DNA of 64,000 bases. Origin: Myxococcales bacterium (GTDB taxonomy: Bacteria; Myxococcota_A; UBA9042; JABWCM01; BTVJ01). The stretch spans positions 50,692 to 114,691 of the forward strand of contig BTVJ01000017.1 of NCBI GenBank assembly GCA_045863395.1, in the 5' to 3' direction. This document shows positions 1-11,776 of the stretch, in pieces. Positions within the stretch are counted from its first letter, which is position 1, and every line of letters begins with the position of its first letter. A model generated the notes under the pieces. That model was not told the origin of the DNA, did no database searches, and saw only the letters and a list, made by a program, of their open reading frames with translations. Made by a program: the position numbers and the translations under genes.

Positions 1-1538
1 ACGCCCTCCAGCGTGATCGCGGTGTCGCCGCTGCCGCTGTACCGCCCGAGCACCACGAGCTGGTCGCCTTTGAACAGGTCCGGCAGCACCTTGGGCTCCA
101 GGCGCGTGACCCTGACGTTCGAGAAGGCCACCTCCAGGTTCGCCATGACCGGGTCATTGATCTTGGAGTAGAAGCTCGACACCTTCAGCTCGATGTCCTC
201 GTCCGGCAGCACGTACTGGCTCACGGCGCGGGTCCGCTCGGTCAGCTTGTCGAGCAGGTGGGTGTTGATGTCCGTCCCGATGCCGAAGCTGAAGATGCGG
301 ACGGGCGCGTTGCCGAACGGGGTGATCACGCTCTTGAGGATGGCCTCCTCGTCCGTCTCCCCAATCGTGGGCCGCCCGTCGGTCAGGAACACCACCACGT
401 AAGGGCGCCCCACCTGCGCCTGGGACTTCACGGGCCCGAGCGCGGTGGTCAGGGCCTCCTCGATGGCCGTCCCGCCCATGGGGGTCAGCGCCTCCACGAA
501 CTCGCGGGCCTTCGCGCGGTTGTCCGCGGTCGCCTCCACGAGCTTGCCGAACACGCTCTCCGCCTCGGTGCTGAAGCGCACCACCTCGAAGCGGTCGCCC
601 GCGTTGAGGTTGGCCACACAGAACGTCAGCGCCTTCTTCGCCTGGGTGAGCTTGTCCCCCTCCGCCATGGAGCCCGAGTTGTCGAGTACGAAGACCACGT
701 CCTTGTCCACCACCTGGCTCGCCCCCGCCTGGGCGCTCGGGCTGAGCAGCAAGAGGAACGTGCCCTCCTTGTCGCCGGGCTCGCGGTGCGCCATCAGGCT
801 GATTCCGATGTCCGACTTGTCGTCGGTCCCGTACAGGAGCTGAAAGTCGGTGTCGGGTCTGGCGCGGCTCGTCTCCCACCCGACGACCGCCTCGTTGGCG
901 CCGCGGCGGTTCACGTCCACCGTGTGGCTGGGCGAGTAGACCGTCTGGAGGCGCTGCTTCGTCGCGAGCTCCACCTTCACGGACACGCTGCCGATGGGGG
1001 CAGCGCTGAAGCGCTCGGTGTTGAGCGGGTAGCGATACTCGGTGAGGGCCCCGTCCTTCTTGAGGATCTCGGTGTACTTCAGCTTGACGCGCTTGTCGCC
1101 GCGCGCCTCGATGGGGTAGATGCGCACCTTGAACATGGCCTGCCCGGCGTACTCCAGCAGAGCCGGGTCCTTCATGCGCCGCACGATGTCCTCGTAGATC
1201 TTGCGGGCCTTGTCGGCGTCGAGCAGCTCCGCCTGGGTCATGCGGCCGTTGACGTCCATGAGGAATGAGTCGATCTGCGCCCCCTTGGGGATGGGGAAGA
1301 TGTAGGTGCCCTCCAGCACCGTCGGGTTGGGATTGTAGAAGACCTGGTCCACCTCGGTGGTCGCCACCTGGTCCTCGATGCGCACCGTCACGTGGTGGTG
1401 CTTCACCTCCAGCGGCGCGAAGGCGTACGGGATGGGGCGGTGGGGCATCGGGTGGTCCCGCACGACGATGAAGCCGTCGGCGAGGGCCAGGGAGGGAGTC
1501 AGGACGAGGGCGACCAGGGCGAGCAGGGCGGCTTTCAT
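1..1538 (-). CDS. Secreted VIT + vWA domain protein (3' end outside window)
   Basis: Manual translation from ATG 1538 (AGGAG RBS): signal peptide MKAALLALVALVLTPSLALA, VIT-like 'QVFYNPNPTVLEGTYIFPIP', MIDAS 'VFVLDNSGSM', 'GGTAI', 'FLTDG'. Not in the ORF track because it is open at the edge. Confidence 0.9.
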   Translation of the reverse strand, partial: MKAALLALVALVLTPSLALADGFIVVRDHPMPHRPIPYAFAPLEVKHHHVTVRIEDQVATTEVDQVFYNPNPTVLEGTYIFPIPKGAQIDSFLMDVNGRMTQAELLDADKARKIYEDIVRRMKDPALLEYAGQAMFKVRIYPIEARGDKRVKLKYTEILKKDGALTEYRYPLNTERFSAAPIGSVSVKVELATKQRLQTVYSPSHTVDVNRRGANEAVVGWETSRARPDTDFQLLYGTDDKSDIGISLMAHREPGDKEGTFLLLLSPSAQAGASQVVDKDVVFVLDNSGSMAEGDKLTQAKKALTFCVANLNAGDRFEVVRFSTEAESVFGKLVEATADNRAKAREFVEALTPMGGTAIEEALTTALGPVKSQAQVGRPYVVVFLTDGRPTIGETDEEAILKSVITPFGNAPVRIFSFGIGTDINTHLLDKLTERTRAVSQYVLPDEDIELKVSSFYSKINDPVMANLEVAFSNVRVTRLEPKVLPDLFKGDQLVVLGRYSGSGDTAITLEG

Positions 1539-1677
1539 GGGGTCAGGCTCCTTTTCAGCGACGACCGCCCGTTGAACGTAGCACAGCCGCAAAGGATCCG
1601 GCGAGCAACCACGGCGACGCCACGGCACTTCCGCGCCTCGATGACTCCAGCAGCGCCTGCGTGATGCCCCAGAGGCC

Positions 1678-2757
1678 CTATGTCACCCGCTCGACGAACC
1701 AGTACACCCCGACCGCGGCTACGCCGAGGCTGAGCGCAGGAGCCAAGCGGGGAGTGAACCAGGTTGCCCGCCGGGCCAGAGAGAGCAAGGGAACGACGAG
1801 CAGGACCACGGCGAGCTGTCCTGCCTCGACCCCCAGGTTGAAGCCGAGCAACGCCAAGGGAACTGCGTCAGCAGGGAGCGCCATCTCGTGGAGCGCCCCC
1901 GCAAAGCCAAACCCGTGGATCAGGCCGAACACGAAGGTGACCAGGTGACGCCGGCTCACCGCCGTCGCGAGGCGGTTCTCCACGCCGACGTAGATGATGG
2001 ACAGCGCGATGAGCGGCTCCACGAGGGATGGTGACGGCGCGACGAGGCCGAGGGTCGCCGCGGCGAGGGTCAGCGAGTGGGCGACGGTGAACGAGGTGAC
2101 GACTGCCACCAGGCTCCGGACCGTCCCCCCGACCAGCAGCAGCGCCAGCAGGAACAGCAGGTGGTCTGCCCCGACCAGGATGTGCTCGACGCCCAAGCGA
2201 ACCATGGCGCCAAAGCCAGGAGGCGGTGCGGGCGCCGTGGCGCCCAGCGGAACGTCGAGGACGGGATGCGAGGCCCAGGTGACCGCCTCGGCTCCCCCAA
2301 CCCGGGCCAGGTGCCGGTGCCCGAAGGGGAGCGTATCGAGGAATCCGAGCGTCAGGCGCACGGACTCCGGCGCGCCGTCACAGGTCCAGCCGCCCCGAAT
2401 CGTCACGCCGTCCATCTCTGCGGGGTCCGCAGAGGCAGAGCTTGGGGCGCAGCGCGCCCCGGCAGACTCCGCACGGACGGCGCCCAGGATAGCGGTGGCG
2501 AGCGCTGTGCTGGCCGCCCGCACCTCGGCCTCCGAGACAGCGCCATCCCCGTCCGCGTCGAGGCTCGGGAGCACGACCAGGGCGTCGGCGCGGGCGAGGG
2601 AGAGCGTCGCATCGACCGACGCGCTCTCCTGGCGCCCAGAGTACTCGCCTCGCGACAGCCCCACGCGATGGGCAAGCGCCGGAGACACCAAGGCGCAGAC
2701 CATGACAACCGCGAACGGCCAGCGCAGGGTGGTCGGCCGCGGCTCAAGGCTGCGCAC
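1678..2757 (-). CDS. HupE/UreJ family membrane protein with N-terminal extracytoplasmic domain
   Basis: 'LGVEHILVGADHLLFL', 'SFTVAHSLTL', 'FGLIHGFGFA', 'FNLGVEAGQ' motifs. Confidence 0.9.
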   Translation of the reverse strand: MRSLEPRPTTLRWPFAVVMVCALVSPALAHRVGLSRGEYSGRQESASVDATLSLARADALVVLPSLDADGDGAVSEAEVRAASTALATAILGAVRAESAGARCAPSSASADPAEMDGVTIRGGWTCDGAPESVRLTLGFLDTLPFGHRHLARVGGAEAVTWASHPVLDVPLGATAPAPPPGFGAMVRLGVEHILVGADHLLFLLALLLVGGTVRSLVAVVTSFTVAHSLTLAAATLGLVAPSPSLVEPLIALSIIYVGVENRLATAVSRRHLVTFVFGLIHGFGFAGALHEMALPADAVPLALLGFNLGVEAGQLAVVLLVVPLLSLARRATWFTPRLAPALSLGVAAVGVYWFVERVT

Positions 2758-4060
2758 GGAGCAGCTCCCTGGCCTCCCGGGCCTCCACTGTATCGAAGGC
2801 GGGATTGAGCGCCAGGGCGTCTGCGATCAGGGCCCTGCCGGCCTCGGTGCGGCCGGCCGCCAGCGCGATGGCACCCCCGTGATAGAGAATCCGGGCGTCT
2901 CGGGTGCCTGTCCGAAGCGCCCGCTCCGCGGCCACCTCCGCCTCCGGGATGCGACCCACCCGGAAGAGCGCCCAGGCGAGGGCGTCGTCCAGGGCGCCTC
3001 CGGACCGCGTCTTGCGCTCCACCTCCAGACGGCGCAGCGCCTCGTCGAGGTGCAGCCTGCGTGACGCCAGCAGCGCCGCGAGCTGGAGCCCATCGGTCGC
3101 CCGCCCGATGCGCAGAGCCTCCGCGTCGGCCGCCGCAGCACCCACCTCGTCTCCCGCCTCCCTCCGCGCATTTGCGAGCAGCCAGGCGGTCTCGACCAGC
3201 GGCGCTGCCCTCAGCGAGCGGGCAAGGAGTGTGGCCGCCTCCGCTGAGCGCCCCGCGGAGAGAGCCGCGCGCCCCTTGCACGCGAGACCGGCCGGGTAGC
3301 TCTCGAGCCACCTCAGCGCGAGGTCGCAGCCCGCCTCGGCCCCTTCGTAGTCGCCCCCGTGCCAGAAGACCATGGCGGCCTGCACCAGCGCCCACGCCGT
3401 GGGCTCCCGGTCCCGGGCATCCCACCCCGAGTCGATGGCGTGGCGGTAGAGGACCTTGGCGCCCGCCGAGTCTCCGCGCAGCCACCGGAGGTGGGCCGCT
3501 CGTGCGTAGGCGGGCAGAGACGGCTTCAGGTCGAGCATGCGCTGCGTCGCCCCCTCGGCGCCATCGATGTCGCCGAGCTCGATCAGCGCGTCGGCGAGGG
3601 CCCCCAGGGAGACGAGATCGTCGGGGTCGGACTGGAGCGCCGCACGAGCGCGGTCACGAGCCTCGGCGAAGCGGTGCTGCGATGTCAGCGCGAGGGCGAG
3701 GAGCCCGAGCGCCTGGGCGCTCTCGGGCTCGCGAGCCAGCACCTCCTGCGCGCAGGCCTCGACGGCCAAGGTGAAGCCTGGGTCTCCGGTCTCCCTTGCG
3801 ACACGCCCCCACGCCCGCCCGAGGGCCAGCCAGGCATCGGGTCGCTGCGGGCTCTGCCGGACTCTCTGCTGTGCGGCGCGCACGGCCTCGGCCCCCGGCA
3901 CACTGGGGGCCGCAGCCATGGCGAGGGCCTGCTCAGCAACCTGCGGTGATGGGGATGGCGTCGGAGGGCTCTCCGATGAAGAGCAGGCCGCCAGAACGAC
4001 GGCGATCACAGCGGAGCATCCTGTGAGCCTGCTCCGTGACTTCCGGTGGCCTTGACTCAT
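2744..4060 (-). CDS. Tetratricopeptide-repeat lipoprotein
   Basis: Lipobox LAAC followed by Ala-rich TPR-like helical repeats; start uncertain (ORF open to 4177). Confidence 0.75.
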   Translation of the reverse strand: MSQGHRKSRSRLTGCSAVIAVVLAACSSSESPPTPSPSPQVAEQALAMAAAPSVPGAEAVRAAQQRVRQSPQRPDAWLALGRAWGRVARETGDPGFTLAVEACAQEVLAREPESAQALGLLALALTSQHRFAEARDRARAALQSDPDDLVSLGALADALIELGDIDGAEGATQRMLDLKPSLPAYARAAHLRWLRGDSAGAKVLYRHAIDSGWDARDREPTAWALVQAAMVFWHGGDYEGAEAGCDLALRWLESYPAGLACKGRAALSAGRSAEAATLLARSLRAAPLVETAWLLANARREAGDEVGAAAADAEALRIGRATDGLQLAALLASRRLHLDEALRRLEVERKTRSGGALDDALAWALFRVGRIPEAEVAAERALRTGTRDARILYHGGAIALAAGRTEAGRALIADALALNPAFDTVEAREARELLRAQP

Positions 4061-4198
4061 GGCAGGTCCTCGAGACTGTGGGGCTCCGGGGGCGAGGCCG
4101 CCGGCCGCCCGTGGGGGGCTTCCGGCGGGCCTGCTCTGCGTCGCGGCGATACGGTTGCGTTCGCCCTGCTCCGACACGCCAATCTGGCCGCGCCTCGT

Positions 4199-5581
4199 CT
4201 ACGGAGTGGGGACGCCGTGCCCCTGGTCCGAGCCACGCCACGGGAGGGCCAGGTACGGGAAGGTCTTGAGGAATTGCTTGTCGTTGTAGTCCACGCCGTC
4301 CGAGATGCCCGAGAGCTGCTTCGTCAGGATCAACGACAGGAGCACGTCCGTCACGTCCGCCTGCTCCTGGTGCGGCATGGCGCCCCCGATCAGCGGGCGA
4401 CCGTTGGGGAAGCCCGAGTCCATCGCCATGTCCACGCGGAGCACGTCGCCCGTGGCCTCGAGCGGGATGGAGTGAGCACCCGGCGTCGGGATGTTCGTGA
4501 GGTTGATGGCGTCGATGATGTCGAAGCGGTCGGTCTTGAAGGGCGTCGGGTCCACGCCGAGAGCACTGTAGATTCCCACGGCCTCGGCGTCACGAACCAC
4601 GATGGGGTTCAAGAAGTAGGACGCGTAGTTCCCGACGTCGGTTGCGGGCGTCGTGCGGTTGTAGCGGTCCTTGTCCTGATAGCCGATCAGCGCCTCGTTG
4701 ACGAGTGGGAGCCCGAGCCTCGAGACCTGCACCCACGGCCCCATGCCGACAGACTTGCCGTTGTTCAACAGGATGGTGGTCTTTCTGCGGCTCGTCGAGG
4801 ACCAGATGCCGAGAGTCGTGTCGTTTCCGGGTATCTCGCCTGGGCTCTGCCCCGTGCCGGTCAGCAGCTTCGTGGGGATCTCGATGGCGATGGCGTGGCA
4901 GTTGAAGCCCGCCACACCGTCCTGGGCGACCCCCTTCGGGCGCAGGCTCGCCAGGTCGAAGATCCCGCCCAGATCCACGTAGAAACCGTCATCACGCGGT
5001 CCCGCCCAGACACGGCCCTCGGCGCCCATGTCCTTGATGAACGTCGCGGCGAAGGCATCATCGTAGGGTACGCCTCCCCCAGCGACCGCGTCCGTCGTCG
5101 GGCCGATGTTGGGCGGTGCGACCGACACTCCTTGAGCGATGCTCGTGGTGGTGCCGCCCTCGATCTTGAGGACGCGGTAGGTCTGGGCATAGCCGGTGAG
5201 CTGAATGAAGAACTCCTTGCCGCCGCCGACCGGCGCGTCGAGATCTCCGGGGTCGACCCCAGCCACCGCCTTCTCCGAGAAGTGGAACTGGTACGTGACG
5301 GCGTCGGCCAGGGACGCGCCACGAGCGATGTGCAGCTCGTAGAGCACGTCCTTCGAGAAGCCGTGGAAGTTCGGGCCGCCCGACGGCTCCTCCATGGGGT
5401 TGAAGGCCATGATGACCGTCAGCTTGTCGTGGGTCCCGGGGGTCACCCAGGCATAGAGATCCGTGTTGTCTGCGACGGGGTCGAGGGCGATGGCTGGTGC
5501 CTCGCGGTGGCTCGACGCCAAGGCGGCGGGCATACCCAGGGAGAGGCCCGCGAGCGCTGCCAGTCCTGCTGCTCTGTTCAT
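4199..5581 (-). CDS. DUF4331 domain secreted protein
   Basis: Signal peptide then 'ASSHREAP', 'DNTDLYAW', 'GPRDDGFYVDL', 'QVSRLGLPLVNE', 'GFPNGR', 'FPYLALP'. Confidence 0.88.
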   Translation of the reverse strand: MNRAAGLAALAGLSLGMPAALASSHREAPAIALDPVADNTDLYAWVTPGTHDKLTVIMAFNPMEEPSGGPNFHGFSKDVLYELHIARGASLADAVTYQFHFSEKAVAGVDPGDLDAPVGGGKEFFIQLTGYAQTYRVLKIEGGTTTSIAQGVSVAPPNIGPTTDAVAGGGVPYDDAFAATFIKDMGAEGRVWAGPRDDGFYVDLGGIFDLASLRPKGVAQDGVAGFNCHAIAIEIPTKLLTGTGQSPGEIPGNDTTLGIWSSTSRRKTTILLNNGKSVGMGPWVQVSRLGLPLVNEALIGYQDKDRYNRTTPATDVGNYASYFLNPIVVRDAEAVGIYSALGVDPTPFKTDRFDIIDAINLTNIPTPGAHSIPLEATGDVLRVDMAMDSGFPNGRPLIGGAMPHQEQADVTDVLLSLILTKQLSGISDGVDYNDKQFLKTFPYLALPWRGSDQGHGVPTP

Positions 5582-5620
5582 TGGATCCTCCTTGAATTCG
5601 GCTCCGAAGATTGGTGATGG

Positions 5621-6811
5621 CTAATCGCTGCCAAGGGTCTTCACCAGGTAGACCGCTCCTCCCGACCCGGCGGACAGGTCCGCCCAGGAGTACGTGTCCT
5701 TGTTTCGTGCGCGGTGGACGCCGCCGGCATCCACATTGGCGGAAATCCCCTCCGTGAGGTGCTGCACGGCGCCCGTGGCAAGCTCGACGCGGTAGACTAC
5801 GTCGGAACCGGTGGTGGAGTCGATGCCCGAGACCAGCAGGACGCTCTCGTCGAGGGAGAGCGCGATGCCAGCCGGATACCCTACGCCGATGTCCTTGACG
5901 ATGGTGGACTCGACCCCAGCCTCGGTCACTGCAAAGACGGCGCCCCGGCCGTTGGAGGCGGAGGTGTCGGTGACGTACACGGTCTCCCCGCTGGACGTGG
6001 CTGCGACTCCGCTCGGGTCGGAGAGCGCGCCTCCCTTGGCGAGGACCGTCACCGCGCCACCAGCCGCCGGCATCCGCATCACGGCGGGCTCCGAGGTGCC
6101 TGGGGCCGTGCCCGTGAAGAAGAGCAGATCGCCGCCGGGAGCCGGGACGACGTCTACACCGCGAGCCAGCGTCCCCTCCGTGCCCGCGAGTGTCGCGGGA
6201 GCGCCGCCTTCGGTGGACAGGGTGAAGATCCGGCCCACAACGTCGCCCTCCTCCGCCGCAGGGTCCGCGACGAAGAGCAAGGTCCCCGACGGAGCGACGG
6301 CGATTCCCAGAGGGGCAGACAGCGGTGCCCCCACCGCAAGTGGAGTCACCGCGCCACCTGCCACGGCTACGCGGAAGACCCCCGGCGTCCCATCGGACTG
6401 GGCCGTGAAGTAGATGGTCTTCGCGTCGGGGTCGGGCGTCGAATCGAGGGGGGTCGAGAACGCCGCGCCTCCTGTTGCTATGGGGTCGATGGAGGTCACC
6501 GATGCGTTGCCGGTGGGCCCTGCGTCGCTGCCGGCATCGCCGCCGGCGTCGCTGCCGGCGTCGCTGCCAGCGTCTCCCCCAATGCCCGTGTCGAGTGCCG
6601 CGTCCTCCCCGACGACGGCGTCGGAGTGGCCGCCCGCATCGGCCCCGACTGCGTCGCCCCCCGCATCGGCCGTCGCCGTGTCCGCGAGTCCAGCGTCCTG
6701 TTGAGCGCCCGGCCCTTCGTCGTCGGAACACGCTGTGCCAAGCCCGATCACCAACGCCCCGGAAGCCAGGACAGCAGCTCGGGCGGTGAGCCTCCATCGA
6801 TCACTTGTCAT
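5621..6811 (-). CDS. Lipoprotein with NHL/beta-propeller-like repeats
   Basis: Lipobox (GTAC), D/A/G-rich linker, repeated 'P.GIAV/L' blades. Confidence 0.7.
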   Translation of the reverse strand: MTSDRWRLTARAAVLASGALVIGLGTACSDDEGPGAQQDAGLADTATADAGGDAVGADAGGHSDAVVGEDAALDTGIGGDAGSDAGSDAGGDAGSDAGPTGNASVTSIDPIATGGAAFSTPLDSTPDPDAKTIYFTAQSDGTPGVFRVAVAGGAVTPLAVGAPLSAPLGIAVAPSGTLLFVADPAAEEGDVVGRIFTLSTEGGAPATLAGTEGTLARGVDVVPAPGGDLLFFTGTAPGTSEPAVMRMPAAGGAVTVLAKGGALSDPSGVAATSSGETVYVTDTSASNGRGAVFAVTEAGVESTIVKDIGVGYPAGIALSLDESVLLVSGIDSTTGSDVVYRVELATGAVQHLTEGISANVDAGGVHRARNKDTYSWADLSAGSGGAVYLVKTLGSD

Positions 6812-6976
6812 TCCATCCTCCAGTGCCTGAAGCGAACATCGCCGCTGCCCAAGGGGGCCCCGGGGTAGCGGCCTGCCGGTCTCCCGACAGGGGCTCTTCG
6901 GCGACGTTGCGTTGGAGTACGAGGCACGATTCGAATCGGATCGACGGGCCGCGATCATTGACGGGGCTCCGAGCGC

Positions 6977-7939
6977 TCAGCGCAAGTCACACCGAGGTCC
7001 GCAGCGTCCGGCCACGCAGCCAGCCGCACACTCCATATCGGTGGCACAGTCCGCCCCGAGGGGCTTGGGGAGGGCGCAGGTGCCCGCGATGCAGCGCGTC
7101 CCTGGCGCACAGCCCGCTCCCGAGCAGGCGCCGCCCGCTGGGATGGCCGCGCCGGCGACGCATCGCCCCCGCTCGCACCTCGCGGCACGCCCGCACTGGG
7201 ATGGGAGCTCACAGGTGGCTCCCAGGACCCGGACCGGCTCGCAGCGTCGGCGGCCGCAGGCCTCGCGGCACTCGGGGTGAGCAGCGTCCACACCGAGCTG
7301 GCGCGTCATCGTCGCGAGCGTATCTACGCGGCCTCCACACGGCTCGCCGGTCGCGCCCGGCGTTGCGCACGTACCTGCCTCCGTCGGACCCACGCCACGA
7401 CACCGGAGACCATCGACGCACTCGAGCGACGAGCGGCACCGCGCCCCAGCCGTGAGCGTCCCCCGAAGGAGCCGTTGGCAGGGGCCAGCGGCCTGAAGAG
7501 GCCACGGACCGACGTGCGCGCAGTCGGAGTGCTGAGCTGCCTGCGCGGTCTCGCAGGCAGCGACGTCGTCCTCCGCCAGCTCGATGGCGCCCGACTCCAC
7601 GGCGACGCCCAGCATCCGAACGCACTCGCTCGTCAGTACCAGGGTCGGCTCGATCTTGCAGCAGTCGGCGCGGCGCTTCTCAGGCACGTCGTGGAGCGCC
7701 TGGCACGCACGGACGACCAGGGGCGACGGAACCCCGGCGAGGGGCGGGTACACCGGGCGCACGGACTCGTCGCGCTGCACCTCTTCTGGCTGGGCGTTGC
7801 CGGGTGTCGCCGGCGGCGCAAGCGGCTCAGGCGAAGGTCCCTGAGCGGGCTGGTCGGGGGGCGGGTCGCGCCTGCATGAGAGGCCCCCAAGACCCAAGAG
7901 GACGACGACCAGAAGGACTCCCGGGTGCTGCCTGACCAT
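6977..7939 (-). CDS. Cys-rich lipoprotein (myxobacterial Dickkopf-like repeats)
   Basis: Lipobox GLSC; repeated 'G..C....EC..GL.C' units. Confidence 0.7.
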   Translation of the reverse strand: MVRQHPGVLLVVVLLGLGGLSCRRDPPPDQPAQGPSPEPLAPPATPGNAQPEEVQRDESVRPVYPPLAGVPSPLVVRACQALHDVPEKRRADCCKIEPTLVLTSECVRMLGVAVESGAIELAEDDVAACETAQAAQHSDCAHVGPWPLQAAGPCQRLLRGTLTAGARCRSSLECVDGLRCRGVGPTEAGTCATPGATGEPCGGRVDTLATMTRQLGVDAAHPECREACGRRRCEPVRVLGATCELPSQCGRAARCERGRCVAGAAIPAGGACSGAGCAPGTRCIAGTCALPKPLGADCATDMECAAGCVAGRCGPRCDLR

Positions 7940-8179
7940 GCGGGTCTCCTGTGAGCGGCGACCAATGGGCGCTTGGCCGCCAGAGGTCTACGGCCGAGTG
8001 GCTCGCCGGGATCGACCGGCGGTCAGGCGGTCGCTGGGGTCGTCGCCAGCAGTCCACCAGGCAAGAGGAGCCGAGTCGACTTGACCCCAACCTTGTACCC
8101 GACCCGCCGCAGTGCTCCTTGCGCGCTCGCCCCGGCATCTAGTAGGCTTCGCCGCGCCCAAGCCCCCATGGAGATGCCG

Positions 8180-9816
8180 ATGAGCCGCCCCGAGACGATC
8201 AGCTTCGACACGCACCCGAGCCGCTACCGGCACTGGCGCTTCACCGTGGACGGCGACGTGGCGCGCCTCCTCATGGACGTACAGGAGGAGGGCGGCCTCG
8301 ACCCGTCCCACGTCCTCAAGCTCAACTCCTACGATCTTTCGGTGGACCTGGAGCTGGCGGACGCGGTGCAGCGCCTGCGCTTCGAGCACCCCGAGGTGCG
8401 GGTCGTCGTGGTCGGCAGCGCCAAGGACCGGGCGTTCTGCGCCGGCGCCAACATCCCGATGCTCGCGAGCTCGACCCACGCCTTCAAGGTCAACTTCTGC
8501 AAGTTCACCAACGAGACGCGGCTCGGCATCGAGGACGCGAGCCGCACGAGCGGGGTCCGCTTCCTCGCAGCGGTGTCCGGCGCCTGCGCCGGCGGCGGCT
8601 ACGAGCTGGCGATGGCCTGCGACGAGATCCTGCTGATCGACGACCGGTCGAGCGCCGTGAGCCTGCCCGAGGTGCCCCTGCTCGGCGTGCTGCCCGGCAC
8701 CGGCGGGCTGACCCGGCTCGTGGACAAGCGCAAGGTGCGGCGCGACCGGGCGGACGTGTTCTGCACCCTGGGCGAGGGCATCAAGGGCAAGCGCGCCGTG
8801 GAGTGGGGGTTGGTGGACGCCGTCGCCTCCAAGAGCCAGTACGCCGACGCGGTGGGGCGGCGCGCCCGCGCCCTGGCGGACTCGGTCCCGCCCAAGGCGG
8901 GGCGGGCCGGCGTGGCGCTCCCCCCACTGGCGCCCGAGATCGGCGAGGGCGGCCTGCGCTACGAGCACGTCGATGTTGTAATAGATGGTCGCGTCGCCAC
9001 CGTCACCCTGACGGGGCCGGCCAGCGTGGTGACGGGCGCCGAGGCCATGCAAGCAGCCGGCGCCTCGTACTGGCCGCTGGCGGTGATGCGCCAGCTCGAC
9101 GACGCCCTGCTCCAGCTCCGGTTCAACCACGAGGACGTCGGCCTGCTCGTTCTGAAGACCCGGGGCGACGCCGCGACCCTGCTCGCGACGGAGCAGGCGC
9201 TGTGGGACGCCCGCGACGACTGGTTCGCCAACGAGGTGCTCGGCATGGCCCGGCGCACGCTCAAGCGCCTGGAGACCAGCGCCCGCAGCCTGTTCGCCGT
9301 GGCGGACGCCGGGTCGTGCTTCGCCGGGCTCTTCCTGGAGGTCCTGCTCGCAGCGGACCGCTCTTACATGCTCAACGACCCGTCCGCGGCGGTCCACCTG
9401 CAGGTCGGCCCCCTGAACCGGGGGGCGCTGCCCATGGGCAACGGCCTCTCGCGGCTGGAGTCGCGCTTCCTGGACGCGCCCGAGCGGGTCGCCGAGGTGC
9501 TCGCCGTGAGCGGTCCCATCGACGCCGAGGAGGCGGATACCTTGGGCCTCGTGACCTTCGCCCCCGACGAGCTGGACTGGGAGGACGAGGTGCGGCTCGC
9601 CGTCGAGGAGCGGGCCAGCATGTCCCCCGACGCGCTGACGGGCATGGAGGCCTCCCTGCGCTTCGCCGGGCCCGAGACCCTGGAGACCAAGATCTTCGGG
9701 CGCCTGTCCGCCTGGCAGAACTGGATCTTCCAGCGCCCCAACGCCGTCGGCGAGCGGGGCGCGCTGAAACTCTACGGCAAACCCGAGCGGCCTGAGCTCG
9801 ACTGGCGGAGGACCGG

Positions 9817-9820
<4 letters not shown>
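8180..9820 (+). CDS. boxC: 2,3-epoxybenzoyl-CoA dihydrolase
   Basis: 'LKLNSYDLSVDLELADAVQRLRFEHPEV', 'FCKFTNETR', 'GRLSAWQNWIFQRPNAVGE'; overlaps boxB start. Confidence 0.93.
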
Positions 9821-11229
<1,409 letters not shown>

Positions 11230-11766
11230 TCACACGCCCATGACTCCCCTCTCCCGCAGCTCCTCCAGACACACGGGACAATACGCCGCGCCCTTCAGAT
11301 CGATCTCCTCCACGTAGGTGGAGCTGCGCATGACGCAGCGATACTCCTGGCAGTGGATGAGCCCAAAGGTGTGGCCCAGCTCGTGGACTGCCTCCTTCTC
11401 GAGGCGGTCCAGGTGGAGGCGCTCATCGGGCGGCAGGCCGTAGAAGCGCGGGTCGAGGCGCGCCGACGACACGACCGCCGCGCGCCCGTCGAGCTGGGCC
11501 TCCCCGAACACGAAGGTCAGCACCGGAACGAACAGGTCCACGCCCGTCACGCCGATGATGCGGCTGCTGCCCGTCGGCTCGGCCAGCAGGAGGGCGAGGA
11601 GCCGCGTCGAGCTGTACTGCGCGCGCCGGGGCTCAAAGGTGGACTCGGGGTCGAACGTCGGCGCGCGGATGCGCGTGTCCATGCCCAGCGCGACTCCGAC
11701 CCGCGCGGCGAGCGCCTCCATGTGTGGCCGCATGGACCCAGGGAGTATGGGCACGAGGTCCAGCAC
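11230..11766 (-). CDS. Archaemetzincin-family Zn metalloprotease
   Basis: 'KEAVHELGHTFGLIHC...CVM..S...EIDLK...YC..C'; 'FVFGEA'; GTG start with GGGAG RBS. Confidence 0.9.
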   Translation of the reverse strand: MLDLVPILPGSMRPHMEALAARVGVALGMDTRIRAPTFDPESTFEPRRAQYSSTRLLALLLAEPTGSSRIIGVTGVDLFVPVLTFVFGEAQLDGRAAVVSSARLDPRFYGLPPDERLHLDRLEKEAVHELGHTFGLIHCQEYRCVMRSSTYVEEIDLKGAAYCPVCLEELRERGVMGV

Positions 11767-11776
11767 GGTGGCTCCC

